DNA of 56,911 nt, taken from assembly GCA_964592105.1 (NCBI GenBank), contig CAZQBL010000008.1:1-56911 (forward strand), in the 5' to 3' direction. Shown here piece after piece: positions 18,699 through 29,922 of the stretch; the first letter of the stretch is position 1, and every line of letters starts with the position of its first letter. The stretch is from an uncultured Gammaproteobacteria bacterium (lineage in GTDB: Bacteria > Patescibacteriota > Patescibacteriia > UBA10025 > JAHIVO01). A program made the translations under genes and the position numbers. The notes beneath the pieces were generated by a model. That model saw only the letters and a list, made by a program, of their open reading frames with translations. It was not told where the DNA came from and ran no database searches.

Positions 18699-19052
18699 AT
18701 GCCTTTAAATAATTTTAAAAGTAATATCCCCGGCGGATTCAAACCGGAGCGCATCAAGATCAATGCTAAATGTCCGGTTTGTGGCTCGCTGTACGATTTT
18801 GGGCGATTAGAAGTGTTGGAGGAAGAGGAAGGCGCGACACTGATGTATATTAAGTGTTCGGTATGCCAGAGTGCGGCTTTATCTATTATCGCTATTGGCA
18901 CCATGGGATTGAAAGTGGCCAGTGTTATTACTGATTTGGACCAAGATGAAGTTTTGCGCTTCCAGGATGAGAAAGCCGTGAAGAGTGAAGATGTTTTGGC
19001 GCTGCACGAGGAACTTGTAAAGACTGATAATTTTTTGGAAAAAATAGATTAA
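18699..19052 (+). CDS. Zn-ribbon hypothetical protein
   Basis: CPVC...CSVC pairs; lies inside the chaperone cluster. Confidence 0.8.
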   Translation: MPLNNFKSNIPGGFKPERIKINAKCPVCGSLYDFGRLEVLEEEEGATLMYIKCSVCQSAALSIIAIGTMGLKVASVITDLDQDEVLRFQDEKAVKSEDVLALHEELVKTDNFLEKID

Positions 19053-19058
19053 TTTTTT

Positions 19059-19185
19059 TTGGAAGTTAGGTGTTAGTTTTTAGAAATTAGATATTGAAGC
19101 TGGAAGCTAGATGTGCGCGCCTTAAGGTCAATTTTTAATCTTTAATTTCTTTTCTAACTTCTAACAACTAACACCTAATCTCTAA
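19059..19185. repeat. Degenerate heptad inverted-repeat element (TTAGAAG/CTTCTAA type)
   Basis: TTAGGTGTTAGTTTTTAGAAATTAG (19066-19090) versus CTAACTTCTAACAACTAACACCTAA (19154-19178), 23 of 25 complementary. Confidence 0.75.
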
Positions 19186-19221
19186 TATTAATATTATAAA
19201 ATAACGAAAGGATAAGTACGT

Positions 19222-21129
19222 ATGAGTAAAATTTTAGGAATCGACTTAGGTACGACTAATTCGGTTATGGCCATAATCGAGGGTGGCGAACCAAAAGTTT
19301 TAGAAAATAAGGAAGGTAACCGCACCACACCGTCAATTGTAGCGGTCACCAAAACCGGCGAACGTTTGGTCGGACAAATTGCCAAGCGTCAGGCGGTTAC
19401 TAACCATGAGAATACTATTTTCTCGATCAAACGCTTGATCGGACGCCGTTGGGACGATCCGGAAGTGCAGCGTGATTTGAAAACCATGCCGTACAAGATT
19501 GTTCATGCCGGCGCCGGCGTGAAAGTTGTTATGGCAGGCAAGGAATACACGCCGCAGGAAATCTCGGCTATGATTTTGCAAAAGTTAAAATCTGATGCTG
19601 AAGCCAAGCTCGGTGAAAAAATTGAGGAAGCGGTTATTACTGTTCCTGCGTATTTTGACGATTCGCAACGGCAGGCCACCAAAGATGCGGGTGAAATTGC
19701 CGGGCTCAAAGTTCGTAGAATTATAAATGAACCAACGGCCGCCGCACTAGCATACGGTTTAGACAAGAAAAAAGATGAAAAGATCGCTGTCTATGATTTG
19801 GGTGGCGGAACTTTTGATGTGTCTATATTGGAAGTGTCCGCTGACACTGTGGAAGTAAAATCTACCAATGGTGATACGCACCTCGGCGGTGATGATTTTG
19901 ATAAAAGGATTATTGATTGGTTGATCGAAGAATTTAAGAAAGATCAGGGCATTGACCTGAGCAAAGACCCCATGGCTCTGCAACGTTTAAAAGAGGCCGC
20001 AGAAAAGGCAAAAATTGAGTTATCCACAGCCATGGAGACTGAAATTAACTTGCCGTTTATCACTACTGATTCCAGCGGACCGAAACATTTAGTGCTGAAA
20101 TTAACTCGGGCCAAACTCGAGGATTTGGTTAGTGATTTGATTGAATCAACCATCGGACCGGTCAAGAAGGCATTAGAAGATGCCGGCCTAAAAACATCTG
20201 ACTTGAATGAGGTCGTTATGGTTGGTGGGATGACCCGAATGCCGAAGGTGTTGGAAACGGTGGAGAAATTTTTTGGCAAGAAACCGAATATCAGTGTTAA
20301 CCCGGATGAAGTAGTTGCCGTTGGTGCGGCTGTGCAAGGCGGCGTATTGCAGGGCGAAGTGCGCGATGTATTGCTGCTTGATGTTACGCCGTTAACTTTG
20401 GGCATTGAAACGTTAGGTGGTGTTTTTACGCCACTCATTGAAAGGAATACTACTATCCCAACATCCAAATCACAGATATTCTCCACGGCGGCTGATAATC
20501 AAACGTCAGTAGAAATTCATGTGTTGCAAGGTGAGCGGCCTATGGCGCAAGATAATAAAACATTAGGTAAATTTATTTTGTCAGGCATTCCGCCAGCACC
20601 ACGGGGCGTGCCTCAAATAGAGGTTACTTTTGACATTGACGCCAATGGTATTCTCAATGTTAAGGCAAAAGATAAAGCCACGGGTAAAGAGCAGTCCATT
20701 ACCATTACCGCTTCATCGGGATTATCTAAGGATGAAGTGGAAAGAATGAAACAGGACGCCAAAATGCATGAAGCCGAGGATAAGAAGAAAAAAGAGGTTA
20801 TTGACATTCGCAATAATGCCGAATCTCTGGTTTTCACCGCGGAAAAGGCGCTGAAAGACGCCGGTGATAAGGTTGACGCCAAAATCAAGAAAGAAGTTGA
20901 AGACAAGATTAAGGCGGTTAAGAATGTGAAGGATAAGGATGATATTGAGGCTATTAAGAAGGCCGTGGAAGATTTGTCGCAAACTATTCAAAAGATTGGC
21001 CAGGCAATGTATGGCGCCCAACAAGGAGCTCATAATCCAGAAACAGGAACTGGGCAGAAAAATGAGAAAGCCAAAAATCCTCAAGATAAGGGCCCTGTGG
21101 ATGCGGAGTATGAAGAAGTGAAGAAATAA
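19222..21129 (+). CDS. dnaK: Chaperone DnaK
   Basis: [39 protein letters not shown]. Confidence 0.99.
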   Translation: MSKILGIDLGTTNSVMAIIEGGEPKVLENKEGNRTTPSIVAVTKTGERLVGQIAKRQAVTNHENTIFSIKRLIGRRWDDPEVQRDLKTMPYKIVHAGAGVKVVMAGKEYTPQEISAMILQKLKSDAEAKLGEKIEEAVITVPAYFDDSQRQATKDAGEIAGLKVRRIINEPTAAALAYGLDKKKDEKIAVYDLGGGTFDVSILEVSADTVEVKSTNGDTHLGGDDFDKRIIDWLIEEFKKDQGIDLSKDPMALQRLKEAAEKAKIELSTAMETEINLPFITTDSSGPKHLVLKLTRAKLEDLVSDLIESTIGPVKKALEDAGLKTSDLNEVVMVGGMTRMPKVLETVEKFFGKKPNISVNPDEVVAVGAAVQGGVLQGEVRDVLLLDVTPLTLGIETLGGVFTPLIERNTTIPTSKSQIFSTAADNQTSVEIHVLQGERPMAQDNKTLGKFILSGIPPAPRGVPQIEVTFDIDANGILNVKAKDKATGKEQSITITASSGLSKDEVERMKQDAKMHEAEDKKKKEVIDIRNNAESLVFTAEKALKDAGDKVDAKIKKEVEDKIKAVKNVKDKDDIEAIKKAVEDLSQTIQKIGQAMYGAQQGAHNPETGTGQKNEKAKNPQDKGPVDAEYEEVKK

Positions 21130-21432
21130 TGTGAATATTCATTAATAATATGTGTTTGTCCCGTGAGCCGCTGATTAAGCGGAGAATGAGTACTAATTTT
21201 ATCACGAAGACATAAAATTGGATACGCGTGTTTGGGATTTGGGGATGGAATTGTTCGTGCGAACGAGTAATGTTTTATAGGAAAAATTTTAAATAAGGAC
21301 ATTGAGCGGGCTTTTCCTTTCATCAGGACCCGTTCTTTGAAAAGTAATAATTTTAAAAAGAGAAAAAAAGAAGTGTTGGTGTAAGGCGTATTTTTAGATC
21401 TAACGTCGGGCGAAAGTTCTGGGGCTCGAAAA

Positions 21433-21471
21433 ATAAAAAGCCTCATCGTGTTGGAAGTGAAGTGATGAGGC
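21433..21471 (-). terminator. Terminator of the sigma factor gene
   Basis: GCCTCATC...GATGAGGC preceded by AAAA on the + strand. Confidence 0.55.
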
Positions 21472-21484
21472 GCTGGATTGTTGT

Positions 21485-22318
21485 TCAGTCTGTTTCCTTG
21501 GTTTGTTTAATCAACATTGATCGGAGTTGCCGCTTGATCAATTCGATTTGCTGGCGCGCTTTTTCTTTGGTGATGCCAAGGTGTTTGGCGGCGCCATCAA
21601 GGCCAAGGTAAGTTTGATGATGCAAACCATAAACGTAATTAACTAGTTTTTGCTGGTCAGCAGTGAGCTTGTTTAAGGCCGCTTCAAGGTGATTACTAGC
21701 ATCCAGATTTTCAATCAAAATGTCCGAAGTGGGAACTGACTGATTTGCAAGTATATCTTGTAATGATTGTTCGCTGTTGGCGAGCGACGCATCCATTGAG
21801 ATATATGGACCCATGGCTTGTATGGCTTGGAGCATCTCAAATGAGGTTCCAAATTCATTTAGTTGAGACTGAGTAAGTGGCTTCCCGTTTTTGTTGGAAA
21901 CTTTTTTATCCAGTGTTTTTTTGAAGTGGCGCACCTCTTGTTGCTTATCAGGTGGAATATTAACGATGTGTCTTTGCGAGTAAATTTCTTTGAAAATTTC
22001 GGCTCGGATCCACCAGATGGCGTAAGTATTAAAGCGGTGGCCCTTGTCCATTCGGAAATGATTTTTGATTCTTTTTACAGCCGCAACCAACCCGAGATTT
22101 CCCGCATTAATAAGATCTTCCATGGCTAGGCCTGACCAGCCATAGTTTCTAGCCACGGCCACAACAAAACGAAGATTTGCTTTAATCAGCTCTTCTTCCC
22201 CCGAGGCATCACCATTACAGATTCGAAGTAGGCATTCACGCTCTTGTTCTTGGGTAAAATGTGGAAATTTTTTGATATTTTCAAGGTAATATTTGAGACT
22301 TTTTGAAGTAATGATCAT
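21485..22318 (-). CDS. Sigma-70 family factor (RpoD/RpoH-like regions 1.2-4, no region 1.1)
   Basis: LIKANLRFVVAVARNY, DLINAGNLGL..AV, F.TYAIWWIR, ISMDA, C-terminal HTH (LGITKEKARQ). Confidence 0.9.
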   Translation of the reverse strand: MIITSKSLKYYLENIKKFPHFTQEQERECLLRICNGDASGEEELIKANLRFVVAVARNYGWSGLAMEDLINAGNLGLVAAVKRIKNHFRMDKGHRFNTYAIWWIRAEIFKEIYSQRHIVNIPPDKQQEVRHFKKTLDKKVSNKNGKPLTQSQLNEFGTSFEMLQAIQAMGPYISMDASLANSEQSLQDILANQSVPTSDILIENLDASNHLEAALNKLTADQQKLVNYVYGLHHQTYLGLDGAAKHLGITKEKARQQIELIKRQLRSMLIKQTKETD

Positions 22319-22783
22319 TTTTCCCTCCTGCTGTGTGTGTTTGATTTTTTTCTTACTTTAGTTTAATTTGACTTTATTGTCAACCGTATTATAAGCATAG
22401 GGAAAAGGATTTATTTGGTTTTTAGGCGGTGGGGTAGGGTAGGCCTGATTTGTAATTGTTTCTGGTACTGCTGATTATTTTCAATGCGGTCTTGTGCACA
22501 AAAAGGCCGCTGTTTATAAAAAATGGTGTGTATCCTTGGCCCTCATGTCATTGGCCACCATCCCCATCGACTTTATTTGAGTGTCTAGATATCGAAATGT
22601 TTTTTTGGTATAGTCGATGGTTTTTTCAGGAATATATCGGCGTAGTCTATGCTGGGAGCATCTTCACCGAGTTTCTGGTAGTCGCCGCTATTTTTATTTA
22701 ATTTAAACTGTTTTTTAGTTTTATCAGTAGTAGTAGATAAAAAAGGGACCAATGTGGTCCCTATACATAAAGAGCGAAAAAAA

Positions 22784-23011
22784 TTAAAGAAGTCTTCTTA
22801 TTAGAATTTCTAGCATTTTACTACCCCAATCATTTGCCTCATATTGTGATAAAAACTTATCATCGCACGTTGCTAAAACATCTTTTGTTACTTCGTCAAT
22901 TATTCTGACCCCATACATTTTAAATGACCATTTTCCCCCGTCCTCTATGACGAAAGTCTCATATTTTGGTTTACATACATTCAGCTTTAAAGGCAGCTTT
23001 AAAGGTTTCAT
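22784..23011 (-). CDS. Small orphan protein
   Basis: SD GGAGGAGGG, promoter TTGACA-17-TATCAT, terminator GGGACC/GGTCCC at about 22741-22761. Confidence 0.7.
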   Translation of the reverse strand: MKPLKLPLKLNVCKPKYETFVIEDGGKWSFKMYGVRIIDEVTKDVLATCDDKFLSQYEANDWGSKMLEILIRRLL

Positions 23012-23415
23012 TTTCCCTCCTCCATGTTTATTTCTTTTATTAATTTTTTTGTTAGGTTATGTTAACAAATAATGATAGATAATGATAGCATGTTTATCAA
23101 ATTTTGTCAACCCCCTTGTACAAGTTAATACCTCATGGGTTATAGTTTGACAGTCTTGGGGTGAGCGGGATATTTTTCCAGATTTGTTGGACAAAGTAAA
23201 GATTCATAAGACATAAGAATTGTTGCGGTGTGAATATAGACATCGGTTGTTTCACTTTTAGTGATTTTTGCATGATTATTCTTTAGTTTTTTGATGTATA
23301 ATCTCTTTTTGTCCGATTGCTTACATTTTTTAGCCGTAACGATAATTTACATTTATGGTTGAGCAAGTCAATGAATAGGTCTATAATTGAGTTATTAACC
23401 AGTAAGCATCAAATT

Positions 23416-23712
23416 ATGAACAACCAAGCTCAAGGTCAGCAAATCAACATCAAAATTGAAGATATGGTCATGAAGGGCGTTTATGCCAATGCCATGGGAG
23501 TGGCCCATACTAAAGAGGAGTTCGTTATTGATTTCATGAATATCTATCCATATCAGCGCGCTGGCATTGTTACGTCCAGAGTGATTACCTCGCCCGGACA
23601 TATGAAGAGGATTTACAAGGCGCTTGAGGAGAATATAAAAAAATACGAGCAGCAGTTCGGTAAAATTGAGGAAGCCAAAGGACCGGAAGGCATCGGTTTT
23701 AAAACGGCGTAG
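23416..23712 (+). CDS. DUF3467-like protein
   Basis: GVYAN...V.HT.EEF.IDF...SRVI.SP.HMKR...AL..NI.KYE..FG.I pattern. Confidence 0.85.
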   Translation: MNNQAQGQQINIKIEDMVMKGVYANAMGVAHTKEEFVIDFMNIYPYQRAGIVTSRVITSPGHMKRIYKALEENIKKYEQQFGKIEEAKGPEGIGFKTA

Positions 23713-24338
23713 TCATAACTTGTACAGACGACAAGAAAATTGCTTGTGGTGTGTTTCAACTTCGTCAAGCTTTGTTTTAACACGAGAAGTTTAATATTTT
23801 AGAGCCTTGTCGGGTTAATTATCTCGAAGTGTTTATTGAATTCAGTATGGAAGACAGTTGTATGTTGCTTGTTGCTTGGAGAAAAAATCATGATAAAACT
23901 CGGACATAAAGTCTGATTTGATAGTCTTGCATTCAGCGCCTTTTAAATGATTCGCCCACCATTTTTTGTTTACTAGAATATTCTGAAGTTCATTGACCAT
24001 ATTCCGCCCACTTTTTTTGATAGAAAAAGGCAGTTTTATGATTTTTACCATCGTCGTAGTCTCGGTCAAATAGTAAAAAGTCACTTTGGTTAAGGTGGTC
24101 GCCGGATTTAATCAAACAGTAAGTCCACGTCTTTTTGTGGAGTGGAGATTGAATCTAAAAGGATGAACTTTGCTTGGCCGGGTTTTCGATTAGGCATAAT
24201 TTTTTTGGTCTTTATTTTTTTTAATTTTTTTGCGATAATAAAAAAGTCTATCATAAATGTTGACGAGCTCAACCTTTTAAATACTACTTAAAATGTCTAG
24301 GGAATAGTTAAAATTTTTCAATTTAATTAAGAAAAATT

Positions 24339-25373
24339 ATGCGCGTAGAAAAACAGCCCGAAGTAAAAAAAGAAGAAGTTTTTGTTCCTCATCAGCCAAT
24401 GAATAAAATAACCGTACTGGCTATCCTGACTGTGATGTCTTCATTGCTGTTTTGGTTTTTATGGTCCAGAATGTTGGTCACGGGTGTTAGTTTTTCCTTC
24501 GTTAGTCGCGATGTGGCTTCTGTGGTGGTAACTTTTTTTTCGTTTTGTCTGATGTTTGTTCTGGCCGGTGTCAGTTCCGTTTTGATAATCCGCAAGTTGA
24601 TTTTTTTGATTTTGGCTTTTATGTTGGGATTATCCACAATGGTTTTTTCCCGCGTTTCAATCTGGTCAGTTGTCGCCGGAATTATGGTGTTGTTGGCTTT
24701 TTTCAACTGGTACCGGGAAATTTCCGCTGATTTGAAGAGCCGCATAAAATTTTTACCGAACCGAACTTTGGGCACCGGCCTGAAGACCGTGGTCACGGTG
24801 TTGATTTTGGCGGCTTCGTTTTCGTATTATGGTTTTTTGGTGTCTGGTCAGGACGCTTCGGAAAAATTCAGTAACAGTCTGGTGACTACCAGCAGCCGGG
24901 CGGTTCAAAACATTTTGGAAATGTACTATCAGGATAAATTTAGCCCCAAGATGACTTTGGATGAGTTTGTCGCCAATATTACTGATGTGCTTGGCGATGT
25001 TAACCTGGATACTGGCCAAAAAGATTTGAACGAGATTATTAATCAGGGTTTAAATCATGCTCAACAGCAGCTGGTGATCGAAGCCAGGAACGATTTTTTG
25101 AAAACTATGGGCATCGAAGCGGCCGGTAGCGAAACCATGGATTTGGTCGTAGAAAAGATTGTCCGGAAAAATATGGACAAATACTTAGGTTCGTTACAAA
25201 AATACATTCCCGCCATTTTGGCTTTGGGTTTGTTTTTACTGTTGAATATCTTTAATTTCATTTATTGTGAGTTGATTAAATCGTTTAGTTATGTTATTTT
25301 TCATATTCTAGCATGGCTGAAATTCGTAAAAGTAAAAAAAGTACAAGTGGAAGCGGAAAAGATTACGTTATAA
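24339..25373 (+). CDS. Hypothetical polytopic membrane protein
   Basis: About 6 hydrophobic segments plus a soluble loop; long clean ORF. Confidence 0.8.
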   Translation: MRVEKQPEVKKEEVFVPHQPMNKITVLAILTVMSSLLFWFLWSRMLVTGVSFSFVSRDVASVVVTFFSFCLMFVLAGVSSVLIIRKLIFLILAFMLGLSTMVFSRVSIWSVVAGIMVLLAFFNWYREISADLKSRIKFLPNRTLGTGLKTVVTVLILAASFSYYGFLVSGQDASEKFSNSLVTTSSRAVQNILEMYYQDKFSPKMTLDEFVANITDVLGDVNLDTGQKDLNEIINQGLNHAQQQLVIEARNDFLKTMGIEAAGSETMDLVVEKIVRKNMDKYLGSLQKYIPAILALGLFLLLNIFNFIYCELIKSFSYVIFHILAWLKFVKVKKVQVEAEKITL

Positions 25374-25374
25374 A

Positions 25375-25501
25375 ATTATTAATTATTAATTCCTCTTTAC
25401 TAATCAAACCCCCAACGTCTAATAATGAGAATTTTTAATTGGGAATTGGGCCTTATTTGATTAGTCATTAATTAGTAATTAGACATTCGTCATTAGGAAT
25501 T
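25375..25501. repeat. Degenerate heptad inverted-repeat element upstream of dnaJ
   Basis: ACTAATCAAA/TTTGATTAGT inverted pair; units AATTAGT AATTAGA CATTCGT CATTAGG. Confidence 0.55.
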
Positions 25502-25504
25502 TAT

Positions 25505-26641
25505 ATGGCTAAGGATTATTATAATATATTAGGTGTCTCCAAAGACGCTTCTCCAGAAGATATAAAAAAAGCCTACCGTAAAATGGCTCACCAATATCAT
25601 CCTGATAAAGCCGGTGGTGATGAGGCTAAGTTTAAGGAAATTAATGAGGCCTACCAGGTTTTGGGCAATGAGGAAAAAAGGCAGCAATATGATCGGTATG
25701 GCCAGACTTTCGAGCAGGCTTCAAGGCAGGGCGGTTTCGGCGGCGGGACCGGTGGTTTTTCCTGGGAAGATATTAGCCGAGGTACCTCGGGTGGTCCGTT
25801 TGGCGGTGGGTTTGGGCGTCAGAATGTCGAATTTGATTTTGGCGATTTGGGCGATATTTTCGGCGATTTTTTCGGTTTTGGTCGTTCTTCGGGTAGCCGG
25901 CGGAGTCGCCGCGCCAGGCGGGGAACCGATATCCAGACGGAGATGGAGATTGATTTTCGTGAAGCTGTATTTGGTGCCGAAAAAATAGTCGAGCTATACA
26001 AAAACATCGTTTGTGCCAGCTGTTCAGGCAACGGTGCCGAGCCTGGCACCAAAATTGAAACATGTAAAACCTGCGGCGGATCAGGACAGGTGGCGCGCGT
26101 CCAGCAGACCATCTTAGGAACTTTTCAGTCCGTGGGCGTGTGCCCAGATTGTCAGGGCGAGGGCAAGAAGGCCTCCAAAAAATGTAAGGCATGTGGCGGC
26201 CAGGGGCGTTTTAAAGCCACAGAAAAAATTAAGGTGAAAATACCGGCCGGTATAAATGAAGGCGAAACAATACGTCTTGCCGGTAAGGGTGAGGCCGGAC
26301 AACGCGGAGCCGCGGCCGGTGATTTGTACATCACCATGAGAGTCAAGCCGGATGAGGAATTCAAGCGCGAAGGCGATGATATTTTAACTGAGGTTAATAT
26401 TAGTTTTCCTCAGGCGGCACTCGGCGATAAAATTTTCGTTAAGACCCTTGATGGCGAAGTTATTCTGAAAATTCCGGCAGGCACCCAGAGCGGCAAAGTT
26501 TTTAAATTATCTGGCAAAGGCGTGCCACATCTTCGTTCTCGCGGCCGAGGCGATCATTTGGTAACTGTAAATGTAGTTACACCGACTAATTTATCTAGGC
26601 GACAAAAGGAATTACTGGAAGAATTTGGTCGAGAGGAATAA
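25505..26641 (+). CDS. dnaJ: Chaperone DnaJ
   Basis: HPD J-domain, G/F-rich region, four CxxCxGxG repeats. Confidence 0.99.
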   Translation: MAKDYYNILGVSKDASPEDIKKAYRKMAHQYHPDKAGGDEAKFKEINEAYQVLGNEEKRQQYDRYGQTFEQASRQGGFGGGTGGFSWEDISRGTSGGPFGGGFGRQNVEFDFGDLGDIFGDFFGFGRSSGSRRSRRARRGTDIQTEMEIDFREAVFGAEKIVELYKNIVCASCSGNGAEPGTKIETCKTCGGSGQVARVQQTILGTFQSVGVCPDCQGEGKKASKKCKACGGQGRFKATEKIKVKIPAGINEGETIRLAGKGEAGQRGAAAGDLYITMRVKPDEEFKREGDDILTEVNISFPQAALGDKIFVKTLDGEVILKIPAGTQSGKVFKLSGKGVPHLRSRGRGDHLVTVNVVTPTNLSRRQKELLEEFGREE

Positions 26642-26642
26642 T

Positions 26643-26770
26643 AAATTTCAATTATCAAGCTACAAATTCCAACCAAATCACAATTATTCAACTCTCAAAT
26701 ATTCTAAATATGTCTTGGTCATTGATATTAGACATTGAATATGGTTGGGTCAATTGGTGCTTAAAATTTG
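26643..26770. repeat. Degenerate heptad inverted-repeat element downstream of dnaJ
   Basis: AAATTTC AATTATC AAGCTAC AAATTCC AACCAAA ... TGGTTGG...TTGGTGCTT AAAATTT. Confidence 0.55.
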
Positions 26771-26838
26771 TCTTAATGGTTTGATAATTTTTGTGAAATG
26801 TGCTATACTATAGATGTTGATTAAATAAACACAAAAAA

Positions 26839-27495
26839 ATGATACCAGTTGCTTGGGCTGCGGAAATAGTAAATGGAGCGGTTAACACTGCAGTAGGCAC
26901 GGCTACCAGCACCACCAATGCCGCCGGTCAGTCTGCTAATTTCTTGCAGCATGTAGATTGGACAAGACCAACCTGGGATTTATTCATAATCCTGTTTTTT
27001 ATGGTTGCCGCTTTTCTATATGGATTATCTTTGGGGCGTGACCGCATAATAGTTATTTTAGTAAGCATTTACATGTCGCTGGCTATTGTCGAGCACACGC
27101 CTTTTTTGAACTCAGAGGGTTTCCAAAATGCCATTAACGGCGTAATTAGCCAATTTTTTGTTTTTCAGATATCAGCTTTTATCGTTCTGTTTATTGTGCT
27201 TTTTTTGCTAATCAGCCGTACGGCGCTTTTGAAAACCATTGCTGCGGCTGATTCACCGGGACCCTGGTGGCAGGTGCTGTTGTACAGCATTTTGCACGTT
27301 GGGTTGATCGTGAGCATAATCTTGTCGTATTTCCCTAAAGAAACGATAGATAACGTGCTGGCGCCTTTGACGCGTCAGGTTTTTACCACCCAACTGGCTC
27401 AGTCCGTTTGGATTTTAGGTCCGGTCGTGGCTATGATAGTTTTTAAAGGCGGCGCCTCGGAAAAAAAGAAACGAAAAATTATCGAAGAAGAATAG
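26839..27495 (+). CDS. Hypothetical membrane protein
   Basis: About 5 TMs; promoter TGCTATACT upstream. Confidence 0.8.
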   Translation: MIPVAWAAEIVNGAVNTAVGTATSTTNAAGQSANFLQHVDWTRPTWDLFIILFFMVAAFLYGLSLGRDRIIVILVSIYMSLAIVEHTPFLNSEGFQNAINGVISQFFVFQISAFIVLFIVLFLLISRTALLKTIAAADSPGPWWQVLLYSILHVGLIVSIILSYFPKETIDNVLAPLTRQVFTTQLAQSVWILGPVVAMIVFKGGASEKKKRKIIEEE

Positions 27496-27840
27496 GAATT
27501 TATGAGGAGACATACGAAGTTTCTCCTCACCGTTTCTCTTTCCTAAATTGTATGCCTCGCCCGAAGTGCAGTTGAGACTTGGCATGGTTTTTATTATATA
27601 AAAAGTTAAATTGTTTTGAAAGATTACCAAGAAAATTTCAACTTGACCACCATTTTGTTTTTTTGTAGATTAATTATTTTGTGACGAGTTGGTGAATTAT
27701 CAAATAATCAGGTCCAGTCAAAATGCACGATTTGTAAAAAGTGAAGCGGGATTGACACGATTTTCCTATATGTTATAGTCAAACAACGAAGTATTTTCAT
27801 ATAAATAGATCTTTAACTTTTTTAAAAGGAGGCCGGTCTA

Positions 27841-28095
27841 ATGGACAGCGTGGTTTTTAGCCGTACCAAGGGCAGGCCGAAAGAAAAGGCCGTCATAACG
27901 ATTGGCGAAGCGATGGCGTTATCGTTGGCGAGTATTCAGGAGTACCTAAATAAATCCGGACTTCAGCTTAGAGGGAATGTTGATTATCAACTGATTGTCG
28001 ATCAACACGAAGTAAATCATGGTTATATCCTGAAATCACCCAACGGGGCGTTATGCTTCATGCTCGATAAAAAACCAGTGAAAGGACTTTTCTAA
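27841..28095 (+). CDS. Small orphan protein
   Basis: SD AAGGAGG, TTGACA..TATAGT promoter, terminator AGCTCCGCAG/CTGCGGAGCT with T-run. Confidence 0.7.
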   Translation: MDSVVFSRTKGRPKEKAVITIGEAMALSLASIQEYLNKSGLQLRGNVDYQLIVDQHEVNHGYILKSPNGALCFMLDKKPVKGLF

Positions 28096-28257
28096 TTTTG
28101 GTCACATCCAAAAACAGCTCCGCAGGTTTTTTTAAACTGCGGAGCTTTTTACTTTACTTATGGCGCACGTCTTCGATTTCTCATCATTGCTTCATTTCAT
28201 TTCTTTTCTTTGAAAGCCTTGTCTCGGGATCAGTCAGATTCGCTAGCACGGCATGAT

Positions 28258-29829
28258 TTATTTTGAAATTTTTTCGTCCTTTACACGAAATCCTTTTTCC
28301 TCAATTATCTTCCGGAGTTTATCAGCCGTGGCCCAGTCGCTATTTTTTCGCGCCTCGTCTCTTTTTTGTCTAAGATTCTCAACTTCTTCTAATAAGCTGT
28401 CTGGTGGCGGAGTAGTTGTTGTGGTCGTCGTGACTGTTGAAGTTGAAGTTGTGCTTGTTGACGGAGATGTTGATAGAGTTGAGGTTGGGGTGATTTTTGC
28501 CAAGGCTAAATTAAGGCCCAATACCTTATCAAATTTTAACAGCGAAGCCTTTTTAGCGCTCGCGGGATTATCTGATTTGAGCATATTCCGCATAACACCC
28601 AAAGCTTTTGGAATATTAAGATCATCATTTATGGCATTTTGAAATTGAAGTTCAAATTCTGCGCAGCCGATTTTTGGCTGGCCCAATTGGGCTGTTAAAG
28701 TGTAAAGATTGTCCAGAGTGTTTTGTGCGGCCTCCAGCGCTTGCCAGCTAAAGGTCATTTTTTTTCGATAATGCGTATTGAGCGCCAGATAACGAAAAGC
28801 GGGGGGACTATATCCTTTTTCTTTTATTTTTGCAAGGGTAATAAAGTTTTCTTTTGATTTTGACATTTTGCTAGACTCTTCTAGTTGGGCGCCGCATTTT
28901 AAGCATTTCATTGAAAACCCTTCGTTTTCGGTAATATCGTTCTCGGTTATTTTATTTTTTGTACCGCATTTTTCGCATTCAGCAGTTGATCCAGCCAAAT
29001 AAGAATTCAATACTAAGAATTCCCCATGCAGCCAGTAGCGGACAAATGGTTTTCCAGTTACTGCTTCGGCTTGGGCAATTTCATTGGTATGATGAATAGC
29101 AATGTGATCAACGCCGCCGCAGTGGATATCGATAGTTTCGCCCAGATATTTCTGGGACATAACCGAGCACTCAATGTGCCAGCCCGGAAAGCCCTTGCCC
29201 CAGGGGCTTTCCCATTCCATCTGTCTTTTTTTGTTTTGAGGTGAGAACTTCCATAGAGCGAAGTCGGTGGCATTCTTTTTTTCCGGATTTTTTTCTACTC
29301 GAGCGCCTTCCTTCAGCTCGTCCAGTTTTTGGCCGGTTAACTGACCATAATGTTTGAATTTATTTGTGTCAAAATAAATGCCATCACTGGTGCGGTAGGT
29401 GAAGTTTTTTTCTTCCAGTTTTTTAATCCAGTCAATTTGTTCGGCAATGTGATCAGTGGCTTTGCACCAAACATCTGGTTCAATGATATTGAGATCATGC
29501 AGGTTGTGTTTAAATGCGTCAGTGTAGTATTGAGCGATTTCCCAGACGGTTTTGTGCTCGCGGCGTGCGCTTTTTTCCATTTTATCCTCGCCCTCGTCAG
29601 CATCAGATGTCAAATGTCCTACATCGGTAATATTCATAACATGCTTCACTTTGTAGCCGTTCATTATCAACGTTCGCTTAAGGATATCCTCAAAAATATA
29701 GGTGCGCAAATTGCCAAGGTGGGCGTAATTATAAACAGTCGGACCGCAGGTATAGAGCCCTACTTCATTATCATGTAGCGGTTTAAATTCTTCCTTCTTT
29801 TTCGTTAGGGTGTTAAATAGTTTTAACAT
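28258..29829 (-). CDS. cysS: Cysteine--tRNA ligase with a Zn-ribbon insertion and a Ser/Thr-rich linker
   Basis: [44 protein letters not shown]. Confidence 0.98.
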   Translation of the reverse strand: MLKLFNTLTKKKEEFKPLHDNEVGLYTCGPTVYNYAHLGNLRTYIFEDILKRTLIMNGYKVKHVMNITDVGHLTSDADEGEDKMEKSARREHKTVWEIAQYYTDAFKHNLHDLNIIEPDVWCKATDHIAEQIDWIKKLEEKNFTYRTSDGIYFDTNKFKHYGQLTGQKLDELKEGARVEKNPEKKNATDFALWKFSPQNKKRQMEWESPWGKGFPGWHIECSVMSQKYLGETIDIHCGGVDHIAIHHTNEIAQAEAVTGKPFVRYWLHGEFLVLNSYLAGSTAECEKCGTKNKITENDITENEGFSMKCLKCGAQLEESSKMSKSKENFITLAKIKEKGYSPPAFRYLALNTHYRKKMTFSWQALEAAQNTLDNLYTLTAQLGQPKIGCAEFELQFQNAINDDLNIPKALGVMRNMLKSDNPASAKKASLLKFDKVLGLNLALAKITPTSTLSTSPSTSTTSTSTVTTTTTTTPPPDSLLEEVENLRQKRDEARKNSDWATADKLRKIIEEKGFRVKDEKISK

Positions 29830-29922
29830 ACAGGTGTATTGTATAGTTTTTATGATTTTTTTGCAATAAAAAAGGATTCACTATGTGATCCCTGTTCGTT
29901 TAAAATATGGGATGATAACGTA

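Noticed and set aside
18532-19185. Intergenic repeats as a CRISPR array
   Set aside because: No identical direct repeats with unique spacers and no cas genes
28870-29007. Intein or intron in cysS
   Set aside because: About 45 aa, in frame, with no terminal His-Asn and no intron hallmarks
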